Source of the DNA: Paraglomus brasilianum
Lineage: Eukaryota
DNA length: 41,242 bases
Reading direction: 5' to 3'
NCBI GenBank assembly: GCA_910592345.1
Contig: CAJVPI010000223.1
Coordinates: 1 to 41,242 of the forward strand
Shown in pieces: positions 21,393-34,739 of this stretch. The position numbers and the translations under genes are program-made. Below the pieces are notes generated by a model. It saw nothing but the letters and a program-made list of their open reading frames with translations. It was not told where the DNA came from and ran no database searches. Each line of letters begins with the position of its first letter. Position 1 is the stretch's first letter.

Positions 21393-23629
21393 ATCGTTTT
21401 ATGTCATCCTGAACTAATTCAAACATATGGTAGTTCTAATTTATGTCGATCAATTACTCATGCAAATTGTAAATTTACAAAAAAGGTATGGTTGATTTTT
21501 TGATGGGACGCTCAACTGGGGCATTTATTGATTCAAATGAGTAACGTTTTTGACCTTTTTTGTGTGTAATACACATAATAAAAAGAATTTTGCATTCGAC
21601 TGTAGTATTTATTTCGTCATAAAGCTAATCCGAACATAGCTAGAATAATCAAATCATAGCGTAAACACAGTCCAAAAAGTATAGCTTGATTGGGCAATGG
21701 GAAAGTGAGAAACTGAGGCGTTAGCTTGGAGTGCGTGGCAATGCTAAATACGAAAACAATTAATAATTGCTTTTTTGGAAAGATTGGCTCATTTATTCTT
21801 ACAGTAGTAAGTATTTATTAATTATGAAATTAATACACAAATTGCGTAAGTGTAATAAAAAAGAAATTGAAGACATGTCAGGTTAAATGGTAAAATGTAA
21901 TGCAAGATGGAAGTATAGTTTGAATATTTCGATAGGACAATAACACACAGTTTTATTAGCATTTATTAGTGCATGCATGGGAATGATTGTTTTATTTTCA
22001 TCACGAGCTAATTCAAATATAGTACTTGCTTATGTAGATCAATCATAAACATTAACTTCGTGTGAAAGGTATGCTATGCGATTGGATTCGAATAACCCAT
22101 ACACTTTAAATCTGATATTAACGTTCATTAATTTGGTAAAAAATTTAAATATTTTAAGCTTACCTGAGTTTAGTTTAATCGTATAGAAATGATAATCACT
22201 GGTGTTCGATTAAATCGCACATGGGTTCGACATTTATTAGAGAATAATAGAACAGAAAGTAGCTAAATTTTTAGAGAGCATAGAAAAGGTGTATACAAAC
22301 TCTAGTCACTACAGTATTTCTTGTGCTTTATGATGATATTATTTATTATGTCGTTTACGTTTTATCGTCATTATGACAAAGATGACGACTCTTATGATGG
22401 GTGTGGGAAAAAAATATGCTCATAGATAAGATCCCCCCGCACGAAACATTACTGTTCTGTAAATATGTATTCGGACGACTCGAATGGCGAATAAGCATCA
22501 AGAAAAAGTCAAAAGAAGTTAGTAGCATGTCCAGGTGATGATGATGATGATGAAAATGTACCTTATGTGAAAAACATTAACTAAACTACACACAGCATAA
22601 TGGTTAGTATTGTATGTCCGTTTGGAATTTATGTCATTCCGAATAGACATGTATGTCAGATTGGAATAGTAAAGACAAGCAGGTAACAACATTATAAAAT
22701 TATTTATTGGCATTACGATACCAACACTACTTGCGTATAAACAACTGAGTTTGTTATAAATATATGCTATTTTAACGTTTGTAAGTTCATAAGGAATAAA
22801 TAAACACAAGTAACTTGTGATATTACCACTTGTATTACGTCTTTATATTATATCGTTCGAATCTCACCTTATGATACAATAAATAGTATTACATACAACA
22901 ATTTACTGCACTGTCGATTATGACAGTTAAATATGCTTCATATTCATAACGTCATATGTAGTCATGTCACAATGTAAACTCTGTCAAATCCCCAAACCCG
23001 CATTTACATACGTAAAACATTGAAAATTCAGAACGTTTATTTGGAAGACATTGCATGTACACTGTCACAAGAAGAATCGTATAACACATGTGATCAAAAT
23101 AGTGTTTATTCTCACAAAAAACTGCACAATTCTATGCCAATGCCGAAGATTAGGAAAAATGGTGTGAATTTCAACTACTCACAGAACGGTTCATTCAATT
23201 GAAAAGTTCGATAAAGCGTACGTATAGTATGTTATATTGACAAACTCTAAACGTTAATTCGTAAGCCGTATATTGATCATCAAATTATTCGACAAATTGT
23301 GCACATACAGACAGAACCACAAGCCGTATGGTTGAATCCTTCGGCAAAACCATACAATTCGTCAAATTGTATGATTAACACAAACCCGTTTGATAACTCG
23401 ACTCATCAAGCAATAAATAATGCATAATAACAATGGCGATAGTGAACAGTACATTGCCGTTCTACCATTCTGTTTATCGCTTAAACCAAATCCTCTACAA
23501 GAGTTGGTAGAAAATTGAAAAGCGCAATTTGTTGATTTTCACACGATCTGTCAGTATTTTAGCCCAAATTTGGTGGCTTAAACCTAGATGATTAAGTCTT
23601 GAATATCATTCTCCGAATTGGAAATTTCA

Positions 23630-24100
23630 CTAACGTATTCAGTAACTCAAAGCATTCTTTCACATGATAATGTCAGTTAGGTGATATTTACTCGCATCGC
23701 AAGCAAGGAATATCACAATGATGTGCCGAGCCACGTTTATCTTGCTAACGTTTTTAGTAACTCAACCATATTCACAATGATATATTTACTTATTTGCATT
23801 CACGCACGCTATAAAACATACATAAAACGCACAAATAAAACACATACATAAAACGCGGCATAAAAGCCACCAATAGATTCGCTAACGTATTCAGTAACTC
23901 AAAGCATTCTTTCACAATGATGTGTCAGGCGATGTTTTCTCCGCACGAATAGAAGAACTACTATTACAAATCATTGATAACCTATTCAGTAACCCAAGAC
24001 ATTTATTCAGTTTGCACAAGAGACGTTCTTTATCCAGGAAATATCTTAACTTGTTTAGTTATTCAAAACGTTGTCTGTAATCGACACGTCACAATGATAG
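23630..24100 (+). repeat. array of about 5 degenerate ~40-45-bp repeats inside the Ginger-like element
   Basis: ctaacgtattcagtaactcaaagcattctttcaca occurs at 23630 and 23882 (near-identical), with variants at 23745, 23977 and about 24046. Confidence 0.75.
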
Positions 24101-24300
24101 CTTAACTGAACTATAAATCGCAAGTAAACCTGTCATTGTTAGTAAATAAATAAATATATAAATAAATTATATATTTTTTATCATCAACCAGTCATTTTAA
24201 TTTTGTCTATTTATTTACTTTAAATTTTGAGTCACTGAACGATGAATAAACTTACTGACAATACTATAACAAATTTGCTTACACATTCTCAAATAATAAA

Positions 24301-24600
24301 GTGCATGAAAATAGATTATGCCAGTTAGAATGCTCTTCAGGTATACTTAACATCCAATATTCAACCACTAATCTTGAAATAATCGAGTCTGGCATTCACT
24401 ATACAGAGCTGGAAAATATACCTCTTAGAAATGTGACATTGCATAAAGCCGCTTCAGCTCAAAGTTTGGTCAATTTAACCAAGATTAGATGTAGTTGTAA
24501 GACTAGTTGTTCAACGGCTCGATGTGCTTGTCGCAAAGCTGCTGTCATTTGTAACGTAAACTGCCACCCTCATAATCATCAATGCAGTAATGTTAATTAG
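24301..24600 (+). pseudogene. C-terminal remnant of a Ginger/KRBA2-like integrase
   Basis: CSSGILNIQYSTTNL...VTLHKAASAQS...CSCKTSCSTARCACRKAAVICNVNCH...CSN is the Cys-rich tail typical of this transposase family. No DDE core found upstream. Confidence 0.7.
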
Positions 24601-26012
24601 GTACATCGTTGTTCTGTGTATTCTAACATGTTTATATGCAGTAGAGTTAATATTGTAATGTCAATAAAATAATTTTATAATGTTGTTACCTGATTGTCTT
24701 TATGATTCCAATCTGACATACGTGTCCATTCCGAATGGACATACATCAGTTGCACTTGTTTGTTCTCATATGATTACCTAAAACCCATGCTTTATGTTCT
24801 TAGATTAGACGTGCCAATTTTGTTTTTGCTGGAGACATCTAAATTTTATAGGTAATCAAGTTTGTTATGCACCATATGCAGGAAATTTTTCAAAGCATTT
24901 ACTAATTTTTGTTTATTTATTTCAACAAATTAAAGTAGTTAGGATTATACAATAATACAAAATACAATATTATTCAACTTGCTTTCTCATAATAATAATA
25001 GGTATCCTCTGAAAAATTAATAACAATTAATTAATAATTATAATACATTGTCGTGCCGGGAGAGCAGAAAGTAATCGACACTTGGGAGTTAACTAGTCTC
25101 GACGGAGCGTGACGCCTCCTATTCAAGTTAAATATCTAAGGGTACAGTTAAGGACCTTGTCAATGTCAAGGCTTTTCACTTATGGACTTTTTCACCGTAG
25201 AATAACGTTTTATCCTGGATATAGAATCGCTCTCGAGTGTATCGGCGGTTATTATCGAGGAATTAATCCGATAATCTCCCGTTTTGGGGTACAATGGTTT
25301 ATCAATAAGATTGAACGCATTCAATTAAGTATCTTAATTCGCCACTCAGATAATTGCGGGACAAGAGGCAATTATTCTTCGTTGATATATGGATATAACG
25401 GTTTCTCAGATATATCAACTAATTTAGAGAATAGGGTCGATAATATAGGTTCAGAGTAAATACGATATTCGTTTATTAACAATAAATATAAATTATAAGG
25501 AATATAAGGATCTTAATTCACTATGCAAAACATTGCGAACATAACACGCCGACTCTAGCTGAGACTCCTACTGCTTATATATCTTTCGATCAGTCTAATT
25601 GAACTATTTTTAGTCGCCACTTCTAATATTTTATTACTACTTCTCCAGTATACGATTTATTTGCATTTGCACCGCTGCTTCAGTGGTGCTGCAGTGGTGC
25701 TGTACAACCCGTACTATAAACTTTCGTACGACTGCACCGTTTGTACTCGTACCACTGTTACCGATTTCCGCAGCTGCGTTGTGTTGGTGTTACCGCTGAT
25801 TAAAATGTTGCTGCGGCATCGTCGGAGGAACGCAGAAATAGAGGAGAAAATACGTCACCGATTGCGGCGCATCACAACATGAACTTACAAACATAACAAA
25901 GACATCATTAATACATCACTATTAGATAACCCTTCACATTAAAATTAATACCAAATGACAAAGTTTTAGTGAAATACAAAATCATGTCGGCTACCATAAT
26001 AATAATTTGTGA

Positions 26013-28740
26013 CTACTGTGTGAACCAATTTTTAATCATTTTTCCTATATTCTTTTTCTTATTATAATAGCTTTCAAGATAGCTTTGTGCATCAACATTT
26101 CCTTGTTCAGCTGCTGTATGATACAATACAACTGCCTTTTTAAAATCTTTATCTACTCCAATTCCATGTTGATAGCAATCAGCTAGATTAACTTTTGCCT
26201 TAGCATTCCCTTGTTTAACTGCCTTTTGATATAATTCAACTGCCTTCCTAGCATCCTTCTCTACTCCAATACCATGCTGATGGCAATAACCAAGATTATT
26301 TTGTGCCTTAGCATTTCCTTGTTCAGCTGCCTTTTGATATAATTCAACTGCCTTCCTAGCATCTTCTTCCACTCCAATTCCATATTGATAGCAATAGCCA
26401 AGACTATTTTGTGCAGGAGCATTTCCTTGTTCAACTGCTTTTTCATATAATTCAACTGCTTTCTTAGTATCCTTCTCTACTCCAATTCCATGTCGAAAGC
26501 AATAACCAAGATTATTTTGTGCCTCAGCATACCCTTGTTCAACTGCCTTTTGACATAATTCAACTGCCTTCTTAGCATCTTTCTCTACTCCAATTCTGTT
26601 TAGATAACAATAACCAAAATTACTTTGTGCAGCAGCATTTCCTTGTTCAACTGCCTTGCGATATAATTCAATTGCCTTCTCAAAATCTTTCTCTACCCCA
26701 ATTCCAAGGCGATAACAATCAGCAAGATTATTTTGTGCCTTTGCATTTCCTTGTTCAACTGCCTTTTGATATAATTCAACTGCCTTCCTAGCATCTTCTT
26801 CCACTCCAATTCCATGTTGATAGCAATAGCCAAGACTATTTTGTGCAGTAACATTTCCTTGTTCAACTGCCTTTTGATATAATTCAGCTGCTTTTTTAGT
26901 ATCTTTCTCCACTCCAATTCCACGTCGATAACAATAACCAAGACCATTTTGTGCATTAGCATTACCTTGATCAACTGCTTTTTGATATAAGTCAACTGCC
27001 TTCTTAGCATCTTCCTCTATTTCAATCCCATGCTGATAGCAATACCCAAGACTATATTGTGCCTTAGCATTTCCTTGTTCAGCTGCTTTTTGATACAATT
27101 CAACTGCCTTCTTAACATCTTTCTCTATACCAATTCCATTTAGATAGCAATCAGCAAGATTATTTTGTGCATTAGCATTACCTTGATCAACTGCCTTTTG
27201 ATATAAGTCAACTGCCTTCTTGGTATCTTCCTCTATTCCAATTCCATATTGATAGCAATAGCCAAGACTATTTTGTGCAGTAGCATTTCCTTGTTCAACT
27301 GCCTTTTGATATAATTCAACTGCTTTTTTAGCATCCTTCTCTACTCCAATTCCATGTTGATAGCAATGACCAAGACTATATTGTGCAAAAGCATCATTTT
27401 TTTCTGTTGACAATTCATACCAGTAGATTGCTTGATTAAGGTTCTTTTCAACTGTTATTCCATATTCATAAAAAAAGCCAAGTAACCCAAAACATTGCCC
27501 ACAGTCAACATGACCTTTGAGCCTCTTAACTGGAGTATAACTCTGTTGATACCATCCATTATGTGTTAACCAGTTTTTAATTAACTTAGCAATCTGATCT
27601 TGAATTCTTCCTGTTATATTTAATAATTCTCTTGACAGCCCATCAGTAAATGAATGATTATGATCTGAAACTGTCACTTGTTGACTCATTATGCTTAATC
27701 TATCAGAAATCTGCTCACAAGATGGTCTTCTCTCAGAAGTATCATCCCAACATTCCGAATATAAGGTGATATATTCTTCAGGAGTTCCTAAAACCGGAGC
27801 ATCTCGATTACCCATTAATCTATAAGTTACAATGTCATTGTAATGCTGGAGTCCATTACACGGTCTTCTTCCGCCTGAGATTTCCCATAATACCACTCCA
27901 AAGCTAAATATATCTGACTTTTCATCACGCTTAGTAGAAGGGTCAGATAAACATCTGGGGTCAAGATATGGAAGGGATCCCTTTATGTTGGAATGGCTTT
28001 TTTGTTGTAATATCAGATCAGACAAACCAAAGTCTGTTATTTTCGCTATGCCGGCATCGATCAATATATTATGTGAAGACTAATAATAAAGTTGTCAATT
28101 ATTATAGAACGTTCTGAACATATAGTATTATTTCAGTTATAATTACCAAGTCTTTATGTAAAATACGACGTTCGTGAAGATATCTCAAGCCATTAATGAT
28201 ATTGATACCAAGCTTGCATTTCGTAGGCCAGTCCAGTTCAACAGATGGATCCGATAAGTAAGATCGTAATGAACCACCGTCAGCGTACTTGAAGACCATT
28301 ACATATCTGTTAAGCGTATCTATGAATTGAGCTTCTGTTAATGTATGTAATAATTAAGTGTGCCTCCTCTAACCTCCTCAATGCTGACCTTTACTCACTC
28401 CAAGAAATCGAATTACGTTGGGATGATCATCGACTCTGCGATGAATCTTAAGCTAAAAGTATCGTTGGGTGATTTAAGTAAAGCAGTAAATTCAATACAA
28501 AGTTGCCATTACATTACCAACCTCCTTGACAAAATTTTCGATCTCATCTTCGTTTTGTGAATGCAAAAGTTTGTATGCCACCATTCTACCAAGTGACTTC
28601 ACTTTAGCTTTAAAAACCGCTCCATATCCTCCGCCACCGATGTATACGACGTCAATAAAGTCATCGAACGAATAAAACCGAATGCTTCCATCTTCAATAT
28701 TCTCGCTTAACCATTTTTTATCAGACTGACTTGAGGCCAT
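26013..28740 (-). CDS. tyrosine-kinase-like protein kinase with 13 C-terminal Sel1-like repeats (4 exons)
   Basis: Exons 28740-28522, 28452-28389, 28319-28147 and 28079-26013 splice in frame via GT-AG. Motifs GGGGYGAV, VAYK, HPNVIRFLG, HKDLSSHNIL, DFG, GSLPYLDP, KSDIFSFG. Then 36-aa repeats AQ..LGYCY..GIGVEKD.KKAVELYQKA.EQGN. Confidence 0.92.
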
Positions 28741-31700
28741 GTTTGTTGCTGTTATTACAATGACTCGCACTCACTTTGAGTCAAGCCTTTCGGAGTAGAG
28801 TGACCGATAAACCACTGCGCACTTTTCGGATCATTCCAAGTTTCTTCTTTTTATTCGTCTATATTCCGATAATTCGGTCCGGTAATTCCCCCGAAATTGG
28901 TTGTGATTTGTGGGATATATATATTTTCCGTAACCCAATTTATTTTTTCACACGGGGATGCAACAAATACATGATTATGATTGTTTGTTTACACGATGTG
29001 TGCCACAATAACAAGATGTAGTTAAACATTATTAACATGATCACTAATCGATTTTCGCATTTTCCTATATTTACCCGTTGATTCTTCAAGCTGACGAGTT
29101 TACAGCTCCACCATCATCGCAATCATTCCACATTCCATTCTTGATCTTTTCGTCCGAGATGATACTTGCCCAGCCTTATAACTCTTCAATACCTCATATA
29201 TCGGTGTTTTTCTGAAAAATTTGCGTATATTTCATAAAGAAGACTATGCTCAATTTCCACGATGTACCATGTGCCAAAACGAATCCTTTGTAGAGTATTG
29301 ATCACTCGCTGGTTAAATGGTATATTGTAGAAAAACTTACTCTACTCTGCCTTTCTTGTAAAAACTTGATGTATCCACTGGCAATCGTTGGTGTTGTTCA
29401 TTTTTGCATTATGCTTGTGATTGGCTCCAATGTGGAATAATAAGCGGACGAATAAGGATTACTTCGTTACTTCGCATTTGCTCGCAACATATGTGATAAC
29501 GAATCCCCCCCCCGGAAATCTCGCACGTCTTTCTTGATAAAATACATAATGAAGATGTCCATTACTTCCGTTTAGCTATAATATAGGTTTCTCCAAGGAG
29601 AAAATGAATGCCAAATACTACTTGTTATGTTTCTAATAAATTACAAACCAATATACAAAAAAAACGATTATATATACAGTACATTTAACACCTATATACT
29701 AGTCGATTCTCTTTTTGCACAAAATATCGGTTACCGTAAATGCATTTAGCACAAGATCGACATAATGCCATTGTACAACATTTCCGCAATAATTTACAGC
29801 AAAGTAAGAAAAAATACAGTGTTGGTTCCTACTTATTGGTGTTATGACTATTCAATCTACTTCACAACTATGAATTCCCGATTATTATATCAAACCTTAA
29901 TATTTAAATGACGCTTGAAATGACTATTATAGATTAGATTAAGTGTAGTGTTTACGGTTTCTGCAAGTGCACGGTCTAATTTATATCAGATCGTTTACTA
30001 GAATCACAATAACTATAAACCTTTCGGAGATATCAATGTGTTGGCTGCAGGTAGTTATCTCCTGTTCAAAACAGCTGTCTTCATTCTCCCATATGATATG
30101 GCAGTTATTTTATTCGCTCTTTTATGCAACTCTCAACGACGGCTTAATGTTTAACCAGTGTTTTAACCTGCTAGAAGAAGTGCACTTGGCAGAATATCTG
30201 ACGCATAATGGCAAATGTTGCAAAAATATTTTAATTTTTAACACTACCTCCATCGTTGGATAACTACAAGTTACATGTGAAGATGCTAAGTACCACTATT
30301 TGACAGATTTATGGGAAGTCTGGAGCAGTGAACATTCACAACGAATGTTCAAACTATCTTTAAGTTCAAGGCTGTTAATCGAACATTTGGAAACGATAAA
30401 CGTGTACACCAGCTTTATGAGGCCCCCAACACCCAATTTTTGTATATATAGTAGTCAATTTAGAAGATATTATAAATGGCTTTAGTGACAACGTAATGTG
30501 TTATACATAGATTTACCAAATATAAAGATTAAGACTACATAGTTGCTGATAAATAGTTCATAGCTGTTGCCTCTTGATATAGATTCTGCTTGGAGTATGG
30601 AATATTCTGGTATATTTGCAGACATAAAGAATTATCTGATGAATAGACTAGTCATAATGAGAAACTTGACGCGTTATCAAAAACCACAAACACTGTAAAT
30701 AGAAAACTATTAGTTCGTTAATTATATTTTTAAATTATTAATTATTTCATGACTGCGTGTAGCACAACAGCTATTTGATTTAATTTTAGATGCATAATAA
30801 TCGACGCTATTATTTGTGCGATGAAGTAAATTTGATTCAGTAACGTTGTACTCGGTTTGTACGATGATTCAGCCACACTCGATTAGTAGAAATTGACGTA
30901 CATAATATTTCCTAAATAAGTTATTATCCCATTAACTAGTTATACAGTATGATGTGAATCAGAAGTAATATTATAGCTATTTATTTTTATCACTAAACAG
31001 CGATTGAATCTTGGCAATTCAACATGTCCAGGGAATATCGTAGAAAGTGTTCATATTTAGAGGGAGGCATGTTCATGAAGCATGGCATGCTAGTAGGCAC
31101 GTTTCAGGTATTCGATCAAATACAGAATAAAAAGGAAACGTGCAAATAAGTTTCGGTCTTCTCTTATTATTTGCAATTAATTACACGCATTGGCGACCTG
31201 TTAGTAGTTATCTCTGGTCAGATACTATTGACGATTAAATTTCACATATACCTACGTTACATAATCCCTTGCTAGTAACAGCAAATTATGGTGAACGATT
31301 GCTATAACGGATATCTCTTTTACTTAGTGATAACCATTGTGAATGTAGTTCTTTGTCGCCAATTATAAAGTATAATTTCGAAAATCCTAAGGCGTTAGTA
31401 GGCTTGTATCATCCAGGTCGATCTCACTACGAAAGCAAAATCAGCAAATAAATCTTGCTTTGGTGTGGTGTATATATGTTCAGATTAAAAGATATGGTGT
31501 TTACTTAAATACCATCTACTAATACTAAGTGTGATGGTCTTAGAGTAAAATTGATTTACACATAAATAATGGATGTGATAGATAATTTATATTATTATAA
31601 AGTAAATTATTCAATTATGTATACATTCTGTTCACTAGTTGTTTATCGATAATTAGTTATTAGCTTGCATACATATATGATTTCAATAGGTTATGTGATG

Positions 31701-32081
31701 ACCGTCCAGATATTCGTATGACAGATTTTTGGATTTGCATATGCCGTAACAAAGACACAAATACTATCAAGAATATCAAGGGAACGCAATATTCTTTGTC
31801 TATACAGGACAACATACAGTCTCCTCCAATAAATGGCGGGTAACACAAAATTTTAATAGTAAAACATATAAAGTCTTTATATTTCCTGCTCTTGTGTACT
31901 ATGCCGTAGTGCAATAATTTTTGTGTGGTTCTGAAGCTAATTGAATATGCTTTTCGAGAAAAATGACAATAAAGTTGATAGGTTATTACTATTAAGCTGT
32001 AGCAAGTTGAAGCAGCTGTTTTTAAATCACGATATGAAAATATATATATAGCACGTATACTCACACTTTGTCGAGCTATTA

Positions 32082-33595
32082 CAGTCCAAGAGATTTATGG
32101 ATTTGTCCAAGCAGATCATTTATTTAGAAATTTCTAGATTTAATTACAGAAAAAAAGCTTCAATTATTGTTCTTTATTAGTATTAATAATGCTTTCGGAT
32201 AACATATTTCTAACATCCTGAAGAGCGTCATTATATAAATCATCGCGAGATTTACTTGATAAATCTCGAAAACGTGATCGTTCTAAATCACCTAAAAAGA
32301 GTTAATAATAGATAAAAGTTGTGATTTTGTTAACGAACTTTCAGCTTTTTGATTATCTGCTTTTTCACGTGTTACTGGAATTGGTTGCCAGATGTCTTCT
32401 TAATTAGCCGCGTTTTAATAAAGTCTATTCTTTTCGTCCGTGCAATTCACTAAATTTTTTCATTTCTTCACTTAGTATCCATTTACCGCTTATATCCTGA
32501 AAACCACGATCACAGGTATTCGGATTTACAATTGTGTCTTTTTTATCCGAACCCGAAATCTATGCGATTCAGTAATAAAACTAGGCATATGTTTTTCACC
32601 TGAAGAATATCCATTATATCACAAATTTAGTACAATTACGTGCCGCGATTTCCCAATGCTGTTGTGAAGGTGCAAAAGGAACTAATGATTTGAATGCTTT
32701 GTTTATTTCTTCGCTCAGCAAGCCATTTGGAAGGAGAATATTCTAAAAGACTACCTAAACCAAATCGCTCATGGTTTTTTATCAAACTTATTATATTATC
32801 GTACAAATTACCTCGTTCTCTCTCAGTAATTTCCGTCACGCACCTAATACGATGTTGTTGGTCGGCAAATGGTTCATCTAACCGCTTCTTTAGTACCGTA
32901 TTCTCAGATAGCAATTAATTGCTGATTGAAATTTTCTAGTTCCTCGAAAGCATTTCATCAGGCAACGATACTTGGACTCCAGAATCGCAAAAAGTCTTCT
33001 TGAACACCGGCACCTTGTTATCGTTAGAGAGTCTTAATTTTTTTCTGCCCGAATCTAAAAAACTTGAATCTAGTTTAGTGACTCGTTTAATACGTACGTA
33101 TAAGACTTTTTAACGATAGTCTGGTTATAATGTCTTTCACATAAAGAGTAATTCTCTAGAGAATCAAGGAATGCAGATAGTTCAGGATAATATTTAACAT
33201 TTCCATTATTCCTTTTGCTGCAGCACTAGCTGACGTACGACGCCATCTTTGGTTTTCCTTAGTCTCGCATTCTACTAAGACTAACTGACTTTCGACAAGA
33301 GAATCGAACAAACAAGGCAAGCAACTTTGGCTTCTAGTCTTGCATTCATTATGTACGAAGTGTAATGTTTAAACTGGGTTTAAGAGAAAACTGTTTTCTA
33401 AAGTTGCATGGATCCCCGTGTATTCTGAGACTATATGCTCGTAGAAGTATGTTGCTACTGTTAGTTTTGTTTCTATTTGATTGATAAAGCGTCATCAAAT
33501 TCTCTATGCTAAAAATATTGTACACCAATCAGATTGCGAGGAAGCTGCAGACTATTCTAGAATCTGATTTACAGATTCGGAAATCTCTCGGACTG
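32082..33595 (-). mobile_element. 1.5-kb internally deleted TIR element of unassigned superfamily
   Basis: Left end cagtccaagagattt; right end reverse complement cagtccgagagattt, with similarity extending about 35 bp. Flanked by TATTA on both sides (32077-32081, 33596-33600). The interior holds stop-interrupted minus-strand coding remnants (LCERHYNQ; LLEYSPSKWLAER; SSLTKSQLLSIINS). Confidence 0.75.
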
Positions 33596-33805
33596 TATTA
33601 ACTTATAATAATAATTTATAAAAATTTATTGTTATTTTTTTCGAAAAGCATAATCAATTAGCTTCAGAACCATACAAAAATTATTGCACTTTACATACGT
33701 ACGTAGTACAAAAGAGCAGGAGAGATTTTTAAAAAGAAAGACTTTTACTATTAAAATTTGTGTTACCCGGTCATTTATTATATGAACCAATTTATCTATT
33801 ACTAT

Positions 33806-34220
33806 TACAAGTGAGTTTCGATATAACGACACTGCTATATAACGACATCTCATTATACTGACAAAAATTCTGGAACAAAAAATCTATATAATGAAATTTA
33901 TTCGATGTAACAGCATTATAAATTTTCGTTATGACTTTTTTGGGAAATGATTATTAGACAAATCTTAATAAAGTATTGGGATATACCGACATTTAATATA
34001 ACGACTTATTAAGCTCTATTTTAATGACATTAGCAAAAGCAGAAAAGGTAGGCAGAAAATCAATCAGTGTTTTATTATAATTTGCTTAACTAATTTAGAA
34101 AAAGTGCAAGAAATAAACTCAAAAAACAAACGAGATTTTTTAATCGTATCAAATTTGTATAACGACAATTGCTTTGTTGTCGTTATAGTTATAAATTAAG
34201 TTCTCGATATAAGGACATTT
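33806..34220. mobile_element. degenerate pogo/Tigger-like MITE remnant
   Basis: Begins tacaagtgagtttcgatataacgacactgctatataacgaca. The TATAACGAC motif recurs at about 33822, 33838, 33997 and 34158, inverted near 34180, and as a variant near 34208. Confidence 0.5.
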
Positions 34221-34378
34221 TTGATAACGCCTCCAGAAATTCTGGATTTATTGAAGACTTTTGTAAATCGCTGGTTTTGCGTCTTCAAACATATCTCAAT
34301 AACGTTGCCAGGCACTTCAGCGTGAAGTAGGATGAGTTGGTAAAGCCGAAGAATTTCGTTTACTGCAGCACATCACTA

Positions 34379-34406
34379 GAGAAGAAGAAGAAGAAGAAGA
34401 AGAAGC
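34379..34406. repeat. (GAA)n microsatellite
   Basis: About 8 perfect GAA units. Confidence 0.9.
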
Positions 34407-34739
34407 AATACCAATGAGTGAGTATCAACTACTCGTACCTCAACAAGTATACGCTTCTATTATATGGCCCAGCATCAATCTAAGACTGAATAAATGTAGC
34501 CTAGATCATAGTAGTGCTGCATTGATATTATTCAATAAAGACATAAAACTATCTTATTATTCCTCGCAATTAATACTATTAGTGTTAATGCCAATGTATC
34601 AGTTTATGTCTGGATACAATTATGCAACAGAAAGTAGTGATTCAGCTCCGATTGGGTAAACTTGAGGAAAAGGCCCAAAGAGGTATATATTCACGGCGTC
34701 GATTATTTTATGAACGCAAACAGGGAGTTAAGAGAAAAG

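Larger units (their letters stand above)
22611..24745 (+). mobile_element. non-autonomous Ginger-like DNA transposon with ~120-130-bp TIRs
   Basis: Starts TGT (22611) and ends ACA (24745). 22611-~22743 is the inverted copy of ~24629-24745 (shared gtatgtcagattggaat..taaagacaa.caggtaacaacattataaaattat). Carries a Cys-rich integrase tail. TSD not preserved. Confidence 0.8.

Noticed and set aside
23630..24100. CRISPR array
   Set aside because: Repeats are degenerate and non-palindromic, periods are irregular, there are no cas genes, and the array lies inside a eukaryotic transposon.
25050..25545. 116-aa plus ORF, or a degraded minus-strand gene with TATA near 25576
   Set aside because: No recognisable motif; the minus-strand frames contain many stops.
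25660..25880. GC-rich segment ending in CACAACA as an ncRNA or MITE
   Set aside because: No partner TIR, TSD or recognisable RNA fold found.
26261..27010. Alternative-frame repetitive ORFs (64 and 105 aa)
   Set aside because: Out-of-frame shadows of the Sel1 repeats.
29040..31700. Short ORFs and coding-like patches
   Set aside because: No motifs and no consistent splice model; treated as intergenic or decayed sequence.
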